Assembly: GCA_044345055.1 (NCBI GenBank) | Contig: JBIJBT010000009.1 | Coordinates: 1 to 48,385 of the forward strand | Direction: 5' to 3' | Length of the DNA stretch: 48,385 bases | DNA from: Bdellovibrionota bacterium | GTDB taxonomy: Bacteria > Bdellovibrionota_C > UBA2361 > OMIW01 | Shown: in pieces, positions 19,968 to 28,798 of the stretch | How the letters are laid out: every line of letters begins with the position of its first letter | Numbering within the stretch: position 1 is the first letter of the stretch | Program-made: the position numbers and the translations under genes | Notes under the pieces: model-generated | What the model was told of the DNA's origin: nothing | Database searches by the model: none | The model's input: only the letters and a program-made list of their open reading frames with translations

Positions 19968-22370
19968 CTAAAGCGGCGCGCCGAAGCTAAACAGAGTAAC
20001 CATTGAGCGTTCGCCCGGTCGACGATCGCCCGGAAATCCAAATTCAATCCGTATTGGACCCATCGGCGACTGCCACCGAATCCCACCGCCATAGGCTCTC
20101 CGCAACTCGGAGAATTCAATATTAGTATCGTCATCAAAGGCCTCACCAACATCGTAGAAGACAACACCGCTAATACCAGCAGATGAAACCAGTGGTACAA
20201 TAAACTCGGCGTTATTGATGAACTCTTTACTACCCCCGTATTGTCTTCCCTGATCATCGCGTGGTCCAAGGGTGCGGTTTCTATAACCTCGCACCGATGT
20301 GATTCCCCCAGGATAGAACCTTTTATAAAGAGGAAACGGATCATCAGTAAGCGATTTTCCGTAATCAAGACGGGTGCGCAGAGAAAAGATTATCGGCCCA
20401 TTCGAGAGAGAGACAACCGGGGTATACCAGCTATTTGCCGCTGAGATTAGATAATATTCCTGATCGCCTCCAAATCCCGCCACCTCTACACCGATAAGTT
20501 GACGAACCCCTCTTGTCGGATTAAGCGGGTTATCGATCGTATTTCTTATAAGTTGTGGTGTAAAAGCCGAGATTACCGACTGACCTGCCGATTGAACAAT
20601 CAGAGGGGAAGCGTTTGCCGCTACATTCTCAATATCAACTGACATGAGATCGTAACGAAGACTTGCGCTTATATCTTGTGCCCACGAACCAAAGAGTTGC
20701 TCTAGGGGGTATCCAACGGTAAAGCCAGCTCCGGTTGCAGAACGTGTAAAATCGATCAGCTCTCTACTTGCATGCTGGACATCGACACCTGTTGAGAGAT
20801 AAGAATCGTTTACCCTAGGATCGACAAATGAAAGAACTGCATTATTCCGCAAACTACCAAGATCGACATTCAACGAAAGCTGACGCCCAGTTCCAAAAAG
20901 GTTGTTCTCTCCGATACTCGAGTTAAAAATAACTCCATCGGTGCTCGAGAACCCGGCACCTGCGGAAAATGATCCGGTCGATGCTTCGCGAACGTTTACA
21001 TTCAGATCGATCTGATCAGCTCTATCGGCAACTGGATCGTTTCCGATAGTCACCTCTTCAAAATAACCGAGCCGTCTCAAAAGGGTTTCCGTACGGCGAA
21101 TTTTTGATGATGAATAGAGCTCTCCCTCAGCTATTTTAACATCGCGACGGATGACGTTATCATATGTTTTCGCGTTCCCCTTTATAGAAACCCGACGGAC
21201 AGTTACCGGTTTTCCTTTTGCGACGGTATATTCGATGCCAACCGTTTTTTCAGCTCTATTTATAGATGTTTTCGGAACTACGTTTACAAATGCATACCCA
21301 ATATCAGAAAACTTATCACTGATCGCAAATGCATCTTTTCTCGCCTCTGAGGCGTTGAATATCTCCCCAGTTTTTAGCGATACATCTTTAACCGTTTCAG
21401 AGACACTTCCCGATACGAGATCCCCCGATGCAGAGATAGAGCCCACCCGATACTCCGGACCTTCGTTGAGATCAAAAACAACAACGAGATGATCATCGAC
21501 ACGCTCGATCGCCGGTTCGCTAACGGTTCCATCTATTAACCCGTGGTCGAGAAGTTGTTGAGCAATAATCGCCTTATCAGTCTGCAACATATCACGATTG
21601 AGCCGACCGGTCCCTAAAAGCCACGAGCTCCACCACTTGTAACGCTTTGTCTCAATTTTTGAGCGTAAATCGTCGCCATCTAATTTTTTGGCTCCCCGAA
21701 AGCGCACTTCAGATATTCGAAAGCGCTTCCCCTCAGAAACGGTGAAGGTAACATCAGATTGTTCGGGCGAGATTGAGGTGACCGCATAGGTCACGGCAGC
21801 ATCGTAGAAGCCTTTGTTTTGATAGAACTGAACCGCCGCTCGAGCCATGCCATCAAGACGTGCACGATCAAGAAACCGCCTCGTCCCCAGATTAAAGACC
21901 CCACCAAAGTCACCCTCCTTAACCTCCTCGTTACCCTTGATAAAGACCTTTCTGATTACCGGCTTCTCGACAACTTCGTACACCAGCACCCGACCCGATG
22001 AGGAATCTTCAAATCGGACCGTTATCCGCTCAAAAAAACCGGTCCTATAGAGCGTTTTTACCTCATCCGAAATCTGATCCTCAGTTACAGGTCCCTTAGT
22101 GTGTTTTAGCTGTGCCTGAATCGCGGCTTCATTGATACGGCGAGCACCGACGATAGATATTTTCTGAATTGTAGTGGTAGAACCGTCCCCATGAGCTGCC
22201 TGCCCCATGAGAATAAGGGCGATACCCCCTAGAACTGCACCATTTCGGAGTGACAACAAACAGCCACGCAAAAACCGACTCTCATCGCTGCCCTGCTCGA
22301 AGCCGTTAACAGCTTTGGTAGAGCAGATACCGTTAAGAGGAAGCTGTCGCGGAAAAAAACGTTGTTTCAT
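19968..22370 (-). CDS. bamA: Outer membrane protein assembly factor BamA
   Basis: POTRA repeats (LYRTGFF, GNAKTYDNVIRR, LGYFEEV), VRGY, WQSPMGPIR, C-terminal FSFG; start probably 22370 or later rather than 22517. Confidence 0.96.
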   Translation of the reverse strand: MKQRFFPRQLPLNGICSTKAVNGFEQGSDESRFLRGCLLSLRNGAVLGGIALILMGQAAHGDGSTTTIQKISIVGARRINEAAIQAQLKHTKGPVTEDQISDEVKTLYRTGFFERITVRFEDSSSGRVLVYEVVEKPVIRKVFIKGNEEVKEGDFGGVFNLGTRRFLDRARLDGMARAAVQFYQNKGFYDAAVTYAVTSISPEQSDVTFTVSEGKRFRISEVRFRGAKKLDGDDLRSKIETKRYKWWSSWLLGTGRLNRDMLQTDKAIIAQQLLDHGLIDGTVSEPAIERVDDHLVVVFDLNEGPEYRVGSISASGDLVSGSVSETVKDVSLKTGEIFNASEARKDAFAISDKFSDIGYAFVNVVPKTSINRAEKTVGIEYTVAKGKPVTVRRVSIKGNAKTYDNVIRRDVKIAEGELYSSSKIRRTETLLRRLGYFEEVTIGNDPVADRADQIDLNVNVREASTGSFSAGAGFSSTDGVIFNSSIGENNLFGTGRQLSLNVDLGSLRNNAVLSFVDPRVNDSYLSTGVDVQHASRELIDFTRSATGAGFTVGYPLEQLFGSWAQDISASLRYDLMSVDIENVAANASPLIVQSAGQSVISAFTPQLIRNTIDNPLNPTRGVRQLIGVEVAGFGGDQEYYLISAANSWYTPVVSLSNGPIIFSLRTRLDYGKSLTDDPFPLYKRFYPGGITSVRGYRNRTLGPRDDQGRQYGGSKEFINNAEFIVPLVSSAGISGVVFYDVGEAFDDDTNIEFSELRRAYGGGIRWQSPMGPIRIEFGFPGDRRPGERSMVTLFSFGAPL

Positions 22371-22537
22371 AGGGAGCTTATCCTCGGCTATCAGTAACAC
22401 CGCCGCATCCTTGCCCCTCGCCCCTCCGCTGTCAAGATAGCTGAACGGAAAGATTGCTCTTTTCTGAGTTTGAATCTTATCTAAAAACTTCTCTACTCGA
22501 CCTGAACCATAATCCAAATAGCGCCCGATACGGGATC

Positions 22538-23770
22538 ATGACCGCACTTATTATCCTCTCATCGCTTTGTCTCTTCTTAGGCCTGCTTGGGTCACTATCG
22601 GGATCACTTATTCTTCCGATAATTATTCGTAGACTAGAGCGAAAGGCGACGGCACAGAGTAGAATCACAAGTAGTCGAAACAGAAAGCCCGTAACGGCTC
22701 AACCCTTTTCCTCGGTAGCGATTCTTATCCCACTTCCTTCTTGCAATTCTGATGAAAGAGAGCTTGAGGCGTCGATTTCATCAATCGTTACCGCAATTGC
22801 TCAATTAAGACGAACCCAACCTGCATTCTCCGCCGAGGTGCTTATTGGATCACCCGAGCCGATTCCGGAACAGTTCGGTGGAAACAATTTTGGTTTCCGT
22901 TGGATCGTCACCGGACAAGATAATCGAGGAGCGATACTCCGCGAACTTATTGAACGGGCCTGGGCTTACGATTGGATCGCTATTGTTGAGCCAGGCACCG
23001 AATGGGCACCGGGAGTACTTACTGCAGCGTATGACGCTGCGATTCAAGACCCTGAGACCGTACTAATATCCCCTAATCACGGACATAGATATCCTCTATC
23101 AGCGCTCGCTTCTAGCAGTATCTCCCTAATTAAACGGCTTCTCGTGCACCCCCCGCATCTGTGCGGTATCCCGATGCCATTTCGCCCCGCGACCACCTTT
23201 TATCGAAGCGATGAGCTAATTGCCACATTCCGGGAGCTAAGATCTCTAAAAGGAGGGTTAAGAGGTCTCGTAATCCCAATGGTGATGCGGGCACTCCATC
23301 CAACTGCTCGCTTCGTTGGGCTAGCTCCGGTAAGATCTTCATCTGTTTTAGCTTCAAAAGGAGGAGTCCATCGACCAGACTCAAGCTCAACCCGTCTTCC
23401 CGATTCGATAATCTGCTTTCAGGTAGTTCGATCCCTTTCAATCCGTCCGCCAATCTCTTTAGCAGTCACAGTGATGCAGTATCTGATAGTTTCGGGATGG
23501 GTATATTGGAGCTGTGCTTCACTTTTTTCAGCCGTACTTCTTCTTGGCCCCCTCTCTGAAACTATCTCGCTTGGAACTTTAAGCGTGCTTGTCGGTATAG
23601 TCGCGGGTATAGTTGCATTAGCAGAAAGAGCCGATTTTCGCGCCATTTTTGAAGAGGTGACCAATTCCCTACGAGTCCCCCTGATGATAGTTTCTCCTCC
23701 CGAGTATCATGGATTACTAATTCAGGATCGCTCGAGAGAAAGAGGTCTAAAATCTCGCACCAGCGGATGA
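22538..23770 (+). CDS. Membrane protein with a degenerate GT2-like glycosyltransferase architecture
   Basis: N-terminal TM, SVAILIP beta-1 strand, NRGAILRELI then YDWIAIVEPG where DxD is expected, C-terminal TM helices; ATG at 22538. Confidence 0.55.
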   Translation: MTALIILSSLCLFLGLLGSLSGSLILPIIIRRLERKATAQSRITSSRNRKPVTAQPFSSVAILIPLPSCNSDERELEASISSIVTAIAQLRRTQPAFSAEVLIGSPEPIPEQFGGNNFGFRWIVTGQDNRGAILRELIERAWAYDWIAIVEPGTEWAPGVLTAAYDAAIQDPETVLISPNHGHRYPLSALASSSISLIKRLLVHPPHLCGIPMPFRPATTFYRSDELIATFRELRSLKGGLRGLVIPMVMRALHPTARFVGLAPVRSSSVLASKGGVHRPDSSSTRLPDSIICFQVVRSLSIRPPISLAVTVMQYLIVSGWVYWSCASLFSAVLLLGPLSETISLGTLSVLVGIVAGIVALAERADFRAIFEEVTNSLRVPLMIVSPPEYHGLLIQDRSRERGLKSRTSG

Positions 23771-23787
23771 GTGCTTTCGAGAGGCCT

Positions 23788-24408
23788 CTAACCGCTAACC
23801 TCACCCCTTTTTATATCGTGCACCAATGCCGCAAGGTTTTCGACCGCCCGTGCACGATGGCTCGGAATCGGGATACCGTCGTCCCGCAGCTCAGCGATAG
23901 TTTTCCCAAAATCAGGAATCTCAAAAATAGGCTCATACCCCCATCCTGTGTTCCCTCTAGGTTCCCTCGTGATATTACCCTCAACCGTTCCCTCGGCGAT
24001 CAGATACTCCCCTTCCGTAACTGAAAGACACAGCAAACAACGAAAAAGTGCACGTCGGTCAGCTACGTCTTGAAGCTCTCTCAATAGCTTTTCATTGTTA
24101 TTTTTATCGACGCTCGGACTCCCAGCAAAGAAAGCCGAATGAACTCCTGGTGCTCCACTAAGCGCAAAAACCTCCAAACCGGAATCATCAGCTAATGCGG
24201 GCATTCCGGACCACACGCGCCAAGCATCCGCTTTTAATCGAGCGTTTTGAAAATATGTATCATAAACCTCATCCGGCGCAGGCGGTCGGCCAAGCCGTTG
24301 CTCTAATATAAGCTCTTCAGCATTAATGAGGGTTATAGGTTGATGAGCCAGAAAAACCGCCATATCTCCAAGTTTATGCCGATTATTAGATGCAAATACG
24401 ATTTTCAT
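23788..24408 (-). CDS. rdgB: Non-canonical purine NTP pyrophosphatase (RdgB/Ham1)
   Basis: IVFASNN-HK, NARLKA, ALADDSGL, GAPGVHSA, GYEPIF and SHRARA motifs. Confidence 0.93.
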   Translation of the reverse strand: MKIVFASNNRHKLGDMAVFLAHQPITLINAEELILEQRLGRPPAPDEVYDTYFQNARLKADAWRVWSGMPALADDSGLEVFALSGAPGVHSAFFAGSPSVDKNNNEKLLRELQDVADRRALFRCLLCLSVTEGEYLIAEGTVEGNITREPRGNTGWGYEPIFEIPDFGKTIAELRDDGIPIPSHRARAVENLAALVHDIKRGEVSG

Positions 24409-24502
24409 GTCGCGTTTCACCGAGCTCTAAAGTTTTTAACACAGACGCCGCCACGCCATAGTTACCATGGCTCAATCGTGACAAACAGGATAATCTCACC
24501 TT

Positions 24503-24964
24503 ATGGATATCCTAACACTCATCAACAAAGATCTCTTACTAGCCGCCGGCCTCGGCACTCTCGTTGGATTAGAGCGCGAACTATCCGGAAAAGACCCCGG
24601 GCTGCGCACCTTTGCACTGATAGCACTTGGTTCATGTGCCTTTTCGCTCATATCTCGACAACCATTTATTGAGACTGGGATTGGCGATCCTACACGCGTA
24701 GCGGCCCAAATCGTGTCAGGTATTGGATTTCTTGGTGCGGGCGCAATATTCCGAGGAAGCCGCCGAGTTTCAGGCCTGACCACAGCAGCACTAATGTGGG
24801 TTACCGCTGGAATAGGCATGGCAGTAGGTTTCGACTGCCAAGACATAGCCATCTCAACCACCGTAATCGCCCTAGTAATAACCCTAGCTCTCCGTCTCGT
24901 ACGATTTCTTATCTTTATGATAAGACGAAAAAAAGGCAATCAGGCGGCGTTTGAGATTGATTGA
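24503..24964 (+). CDS. MgtC/SapB family membrane protein (short form)
   Basis: GLERE, GLRT, DPTRVAAQIVSGIGFLGAG and GLTTAA-W motifs. Confidence 0.93.
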   Translation: MDILTLINKDLLLAAGLGTLVGLERELSGKDPGLRTFALIALGSCAFSLISRQPFIETGIGDPTRVAAQIVSGIGFLGAGAIFRGSRRVSGLTTAALMWVTAGIGMAVGFDCQDIAISTTVIALVITLALRLVRFLIFMIRRKKGNQAAFEID

Positions 24965-25044
24965 GGTTTAGTGGGTGCGGTAGCCTACATTTCTGAAGCC
25001 GATTTGTCGCCAATCGTTCGATTTTGCGGCACTACACCAATTAA

Positions 25045-25743
25045 ATGAAGACCAGACCATTTTCAATTTCAGGAGGCGGTATGTTTGAGAAAGGAAGTTC
25101 CTTCGAGCTTGATCCCAGCGAGGATAGCCGAACCCCAGGGGTATTTTGGGGAAGAATGACCCCTGATCGGATTAAAGGAAATTTCGATGCGATCTTCAGA
25201 TCGGAAAATGAAAATCTGCGCTGGGTGATTGGAAGAGATTACCCGCTGCTGGAATACCAGGCGCATTTGCGGGGAAAATCGGTGCAAGATTGGATTATAG
25301 GTTTTGTCGAAAGTGTGAAGGGAGGGAGCGTCGTTGTATATGATAGGTGGACGGCGGACTTCTTCATTCCGGATAGCTCAGAAGGTCTTTCAGTAGTTCA
25401 AGATGGATTCTTTACAGATGATGGATGTGGTAATCAGGAGCGGTATGTCTTGGAGGGCGGCGATTCTATTTTCACATCGGACAAGGTGAGTTCGATTGAC
25501 CGCGTTCGTATCATCAGCGATCAGCTGTTAGTGCCTCTTCTTCATGGCACAGAAAATTATTGGCGCGTCGGGCAAAATGGGATCCAGTCTCTTCTGAACT
25601 CAGGGGTCCGGCTGGTTGTCCTCGAAGAGTATGACAATTTATCCTCTCGATTTTGTGACCATGTAGAGTCGTTACGAGAAGCTGTCAATTCGGGAACTGT
25701 CTATCTTAGACCGCCCTCGGATCCAGGTTGGAGTAGGTCCTGA
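25045..25743 (+). CDS. Hypothetical protein
   Basis: 232-aa ORF filling the gap; AGGAGG precedes the second ATG at 25081; no recognisable motif. Confidence 0.6.
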   Translation: MKTRPFSISGGGMFEKGSSFELDPSEDSRTPGVFWGRMTPDRIKGNFDAIFRSENENLRWVIGRDYPLLEYQAHLRGKSVQDWIIGFVESVKGGSVVVYDRWTADFFIPDSSEGLSVVQDGFFTDDGCGNQERYVLEGGDSIFTSDKVSSIDRVRIISDQLLVPLLHGTENYWRVGQNGIQSLLNSGVRLVVLEEYDNLSSRFCDHVESLREAVNSGTVYLRPPSDPGWSRS

Positions 25744-25961
25744 GGCAATCTGAAAACACTGGTTGGGATCTCTCTTCTTTCTCCCTCTCTATATCAAAAG
25801 GTCGAAGGACAGTAAATGTCTTTGTCCCAGCTATTACTCCAACTAGTTCATACATCATCATGAACATTTGTCGAAGTAATGAGCCCTAGCGCATAAAAAG
25901 GAATCTGGCAGCCTTATTAAGCTTCGTCCGTCCTCAGCAATTTCGATTTCTAAGGGTGATG

Positions 25962-26034
25962 TGGAGCTGAAGGGATTCGAACCCTTGACCCTCGGCTTGC
26001 AAAGCCGATGCTCTCCCAACTGAGCTACAGCCCC
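25962..26034 (-). tRNA. tRNA-Ala(TGC), CCA not encoded
   Basis: GGGGCTGTAGCTCAGTTGGGAGAGCATCGGCTTTGCAAGCCGAGGGTCAAGGGTTCGAATCCCTTCAGCTCCA forms a cloverleaf with G3:U70; followed by CAT. Confidence 0.97.
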
Positions 26035-26106
26035 TTATTTTTTCCCGCTGGGCTTTGTGCCCTTTAGGATTTTTTTACCTACCACTTCCGGGCAGGCCAG
26101 CTATTC

Positions 26107-26139
26107 AGCTTCTGTCCAACTTAAGCTTCTGTCCAACTT
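26107..26139. repeat. Perfect 16-bp direct repeat in the tRNA spacer
   Basis: AGCTTCTGTCCAACTT at 26107-26122 and 26124-26139. Confidence 0.85.
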
Positions 26140-26243
26140 CTTTCGAGTTTGTAACCCATCAGAGGCGATCTTGCAATTCAGCGCGACTTTGGCTTACAAA
26201 CTTTGGAGAATTCCTCGAAAGAAATCACAAAGGAGATTACGAC

Positions 26244-26320
26244 TGGTGGGCCCGGGTGGACTTGAACCACCGACCTCACGCTTATCAGGCGTGCACTCTA
26301 ACCAGCTGAGCTACGGGCCC
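26244..26320 (-). tRNA. tRNA-Ile(GAT), CCA encoded
   Basis: GGGCCCGTAGCTCAGCTGGTTAGAGTGCACGCCTGATAAGCGTGAGGTCGGTGGTTCAAGTCCACCCGGGCCCACCA. Confidence 0.98.
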
Positions 26321-26332
26321 GCGAGTCATGGA

Positions 26333-26361
26333 AGGGTAGACTCGCAGCGCGATGGTGTCAA
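26333..26361 (-). promoter_or_regulatory. Sigma70 promoter for the tRNA-Ile/tRNA-Ala pair
   Basis: TTGACA-N17-TACCCT; the -10 element ends 12 nt upstream of the tRNA-Ile 5' end. Confidence 0.8.
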
Positions 26362-26720
26362 TCCCCTTGGCCAAAGAAATCAGCTTCTTCGATGCTAATT
26401 ATTTTGTGAGAGCAATTTCAGTACAGTAGTGTAACCAAATTGGAGTGGTCACAAAATCATTTAGGGGTTATTGAGGAGCCGGCATCCCCTGTGCGTGGGC
26501 TTACAACTCCAATTAATGTGCAACACAAATTTTAGTAAAGAATTTCGGCAATTTTAATGGAGCGTTTAGACAATACTTCGCAAAAAGTAGAGACTTACAT
26601 ACCGTTACCAAATACGATACAAAGACAATTACGAATAAACGCGATAATTGATAGCGAACGTGCCTCGGAAAAAAACATTAAGCATTAAGGCGTGTCGCAC
26701 TTCAGATTTGAAACCGCTCA

Positions 26721-28076
26721 ATGTTCAGGAGCCACGCGGGTATGAGTATTCATCAAACAAGGCCAGATGATTCCCCGACACCCGATCCAAGTCGTCAACC
26801 TTCAAATACTGAGCAGCCTATCGCGCCCTCTGCTCAAAATGTGGAGAGACGATATTTACCATACCCATCTCACGTAGCCACCCATCCTGATGCTGCGCCA
26901 CATATTCGTGAAGGAAACGCAATTACCTATGGTAAACTTGATGAAGTTACCGACGCCATCGCAACGGCGGTTGCACAAAGGCTTCCACGACGCCCCGATG
27001 CTTATCGTTATATCGAGTCGCGAGCGACTGATGTGATAAGAATAGCTAATCTGGGGCACTTAAGAGTGGAGCTAACCCAAACGGGGAGAGGGGTTTTTTC
27101 GTATATTTCGGCAATAACGGGCCCTGGATTTACCATTCGAAACTCCAGACACTCCGGAAAGACCTATGCCTCCAGGTTCAAGGATCTCTCTCGAGTTCAC
27201 AAAATCTCGATTGATTCATTAGGCTTCCGTGTCCGATTATATTCCGATGATAGTGGTGTTTCGGTTGAAACGTTTAAAGGATTAACTTATTCGAGTAATC
27301 CGGCGGAGATCGCTCACCCTCTTTCTCCTCACCGAAAAGGCACTCTTTGCCTGACGCGCGCCTCTCTCGGCTCTCTTCAGAACAGTTTGTATAACCTTGG
27401 CAATCAACAAGCCCCTTTATTACCGGAGTCTCTGGCTCTTGAATTGGGATATCCACTCACCATGAAATGGAGTGACATTCAAAAAGTTGTAGTTGACTGG
27501 CTCGAAACCAACATATTGTCACTCATAAAAACTTCTCCACTGCCAAGTTGTCAACATTCAGTTTTACCCAAGGGAGTACCCTTACCTGCTCGCTATAGCG
27601 AGTTTCACACCTGGGTAAGTAAAAGCTGCGCTGCTGAAATTGCCGAAAAGAAAAGTGAGACCTCTTGCGTACCAGTCCACGAGCGATTTGCGATTGAGCC
27701 TCGCTTTCGGCTCGTTCCGGTTGGCATTCGCGGAGATTACCCTCCTACCGCAAATAATGGCTTTACATGGTGCCATCTTGGCTCCCCGTCAAAAGATAAA
27801 ACTATCACGGGATTCCACATTCCCGGCCATGCGGTTAAAGGTTACTCCGATTGCTGTCTTGTGAAAGTACGACCAAAAGATGGTGAACAGATATTTGTGG
27901 TTGACTACGCTCTATTACAGAGAAGCGACGATAACAATCCACCAATAATCAGACTCGCACAGAGCCTCGTTCCGATAACCAAATACCGGGGAAATTACGA
28001 GCTTCCAGTTGCTCTGATCGGACGCGATCTTGGCCCCGATGAAGTTGAGGTGTTGAATGGTGAGCCACCTAAATAA
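26721..28076 (+). CDS. Hypothetical protein
   Basis: 451-aa ORF with a disordered Pro-rich N-terminus; no family recognised. Confidence 0.7.
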   Translation: MFRSHAGMSIHQTRPDDSPTPDPSRQPSNTEQPIAPSAQNVERRYLPYPSHVATHPDAAPHIREGNAITYGKLDEVTDAIATAVAQRLPRRPDAYRYIESRATDVIRIANLGHLRVELTQTGRGVFSYISAITGPGFTIRNSRHSGKTYASRFKDLSRVHKISIDSLGFRVRLYSDDSGVSVETFKGLTYSSNPAEIAHPLSPHRKGTLCLTRASLGSLQNSLYNLGNQQAPLLPESLALELGYPLTMKWSDIQKVVVDWLETNILSLIKTSPLPSCQHSVLPKGVPLPARYSEFHTWVSKSCAAEIAEKKSETSCVPVHERFAIEPRFRLVPVGIRGDYPPTANNGFTWCHLGSPSKDKTITGFHIPGHAVKGYSDCCLVKVRPKDGEQIFVVDYALLQRSDDNNPPIIRLAQSLVPITKYRGNYELPVALIGRDLGPDEVEVLNGEPPK

Positions 28077-28216
28077 GTCATCTTAACCGCTTAAGCCCGC
28101 AAATAAGTTACGACAAACGCTCGAAGAGTCTTCGATAACTGTGTGTTTGGCTCGCTCTTAAAAAGCCTCTTAATCGGTTCTTGAGTGCGGCGCCACGCGG
28201 CATCAACAAAAAACTC

Positions 28217-28441
28217 CTAAGGCTTCCGTGGGGACGCTTTTGCTTTTTTTCCTCGTTGGAAGAAATCCTCTGGAATTGGACCGGCGAGCTGCTCAAGAGA
28301 ATCTCGCTTTATTCGCCAATCTGCGCCGACTTTGAATCCTTGCAGCGTTCCCTCTTGCAGCAGAAGATAAACTTTAGCTCGACTAATCCGCAAAAGTTCG
28401 GATGCCTCAGTGACGTTGAGCAATATAATATTCCGGTCCAT
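28217..28441 (-). CDS. Excisionase-like helix-turn-helix DNA-binding protein (HTH_17)
   Basis: LLNVTEASELLRISRAKVYLLLQEGTLQGFKVGADWRI; GAGG RBS before the ATG at 28441. Confidence 0.88.
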   Translation of the reverse strand: MDRNIILLNVTEASELLRISRAKVYLLLQEGTLQGFKVGADWRIKRDSLEQLAGPIPEDFFQRGKKAKASPRKP

Positions 28442-28798
28442 GATCGCCTCACTAACCTTCAACGGTAATGGTCGACATTCGCGGTACGGGTCAACTTAAA
28501 AACTCGACGCTGCTGACTCGCAACTCTAACCATCACCAACACGAATCACCGTTATTCGCTTAACAGAACCTCATTCCTGCGCCGATAGCTACTACTACGG
28601 CTTTAACGATGCGATCCTTAACGAATCACAACCAAACAGAGCCAATCGTATGGGTCGATTTTTTCGCGCGATTAGCTAGTGCAGGAATGCACCACGAAGG
28701 CTAAAAATAAAGGTGATCTTAAACCTCCGAAAAAAGGGCTATCGGCAAAAGACACTACGAAAATGTCTGATATGCAGCGGTGAGCGCCGATATACTCT

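Noticed and set aside
22371..22537. Apparent overlap of the bamA and GT2-like ORFs
   Set aside because: Artefact of longest-ORF starts; downstream ATGs (22370 and 22538) and a TTGACA at 22430-22435 on the minus strand fit a normal divergent promoter region.
26055..26398. ORFs over the tRNA region
   Set aside because: Antisense shadows of the tRNA-Ile gene and spacer.
26400..28500. Prophage or integrative element at the tRNA
   Set aside because: No integrase, att duplication or phage structural genes, and the HTH gene lies on the 5' side of the tRNAs; solo HTH_17 genes are common.
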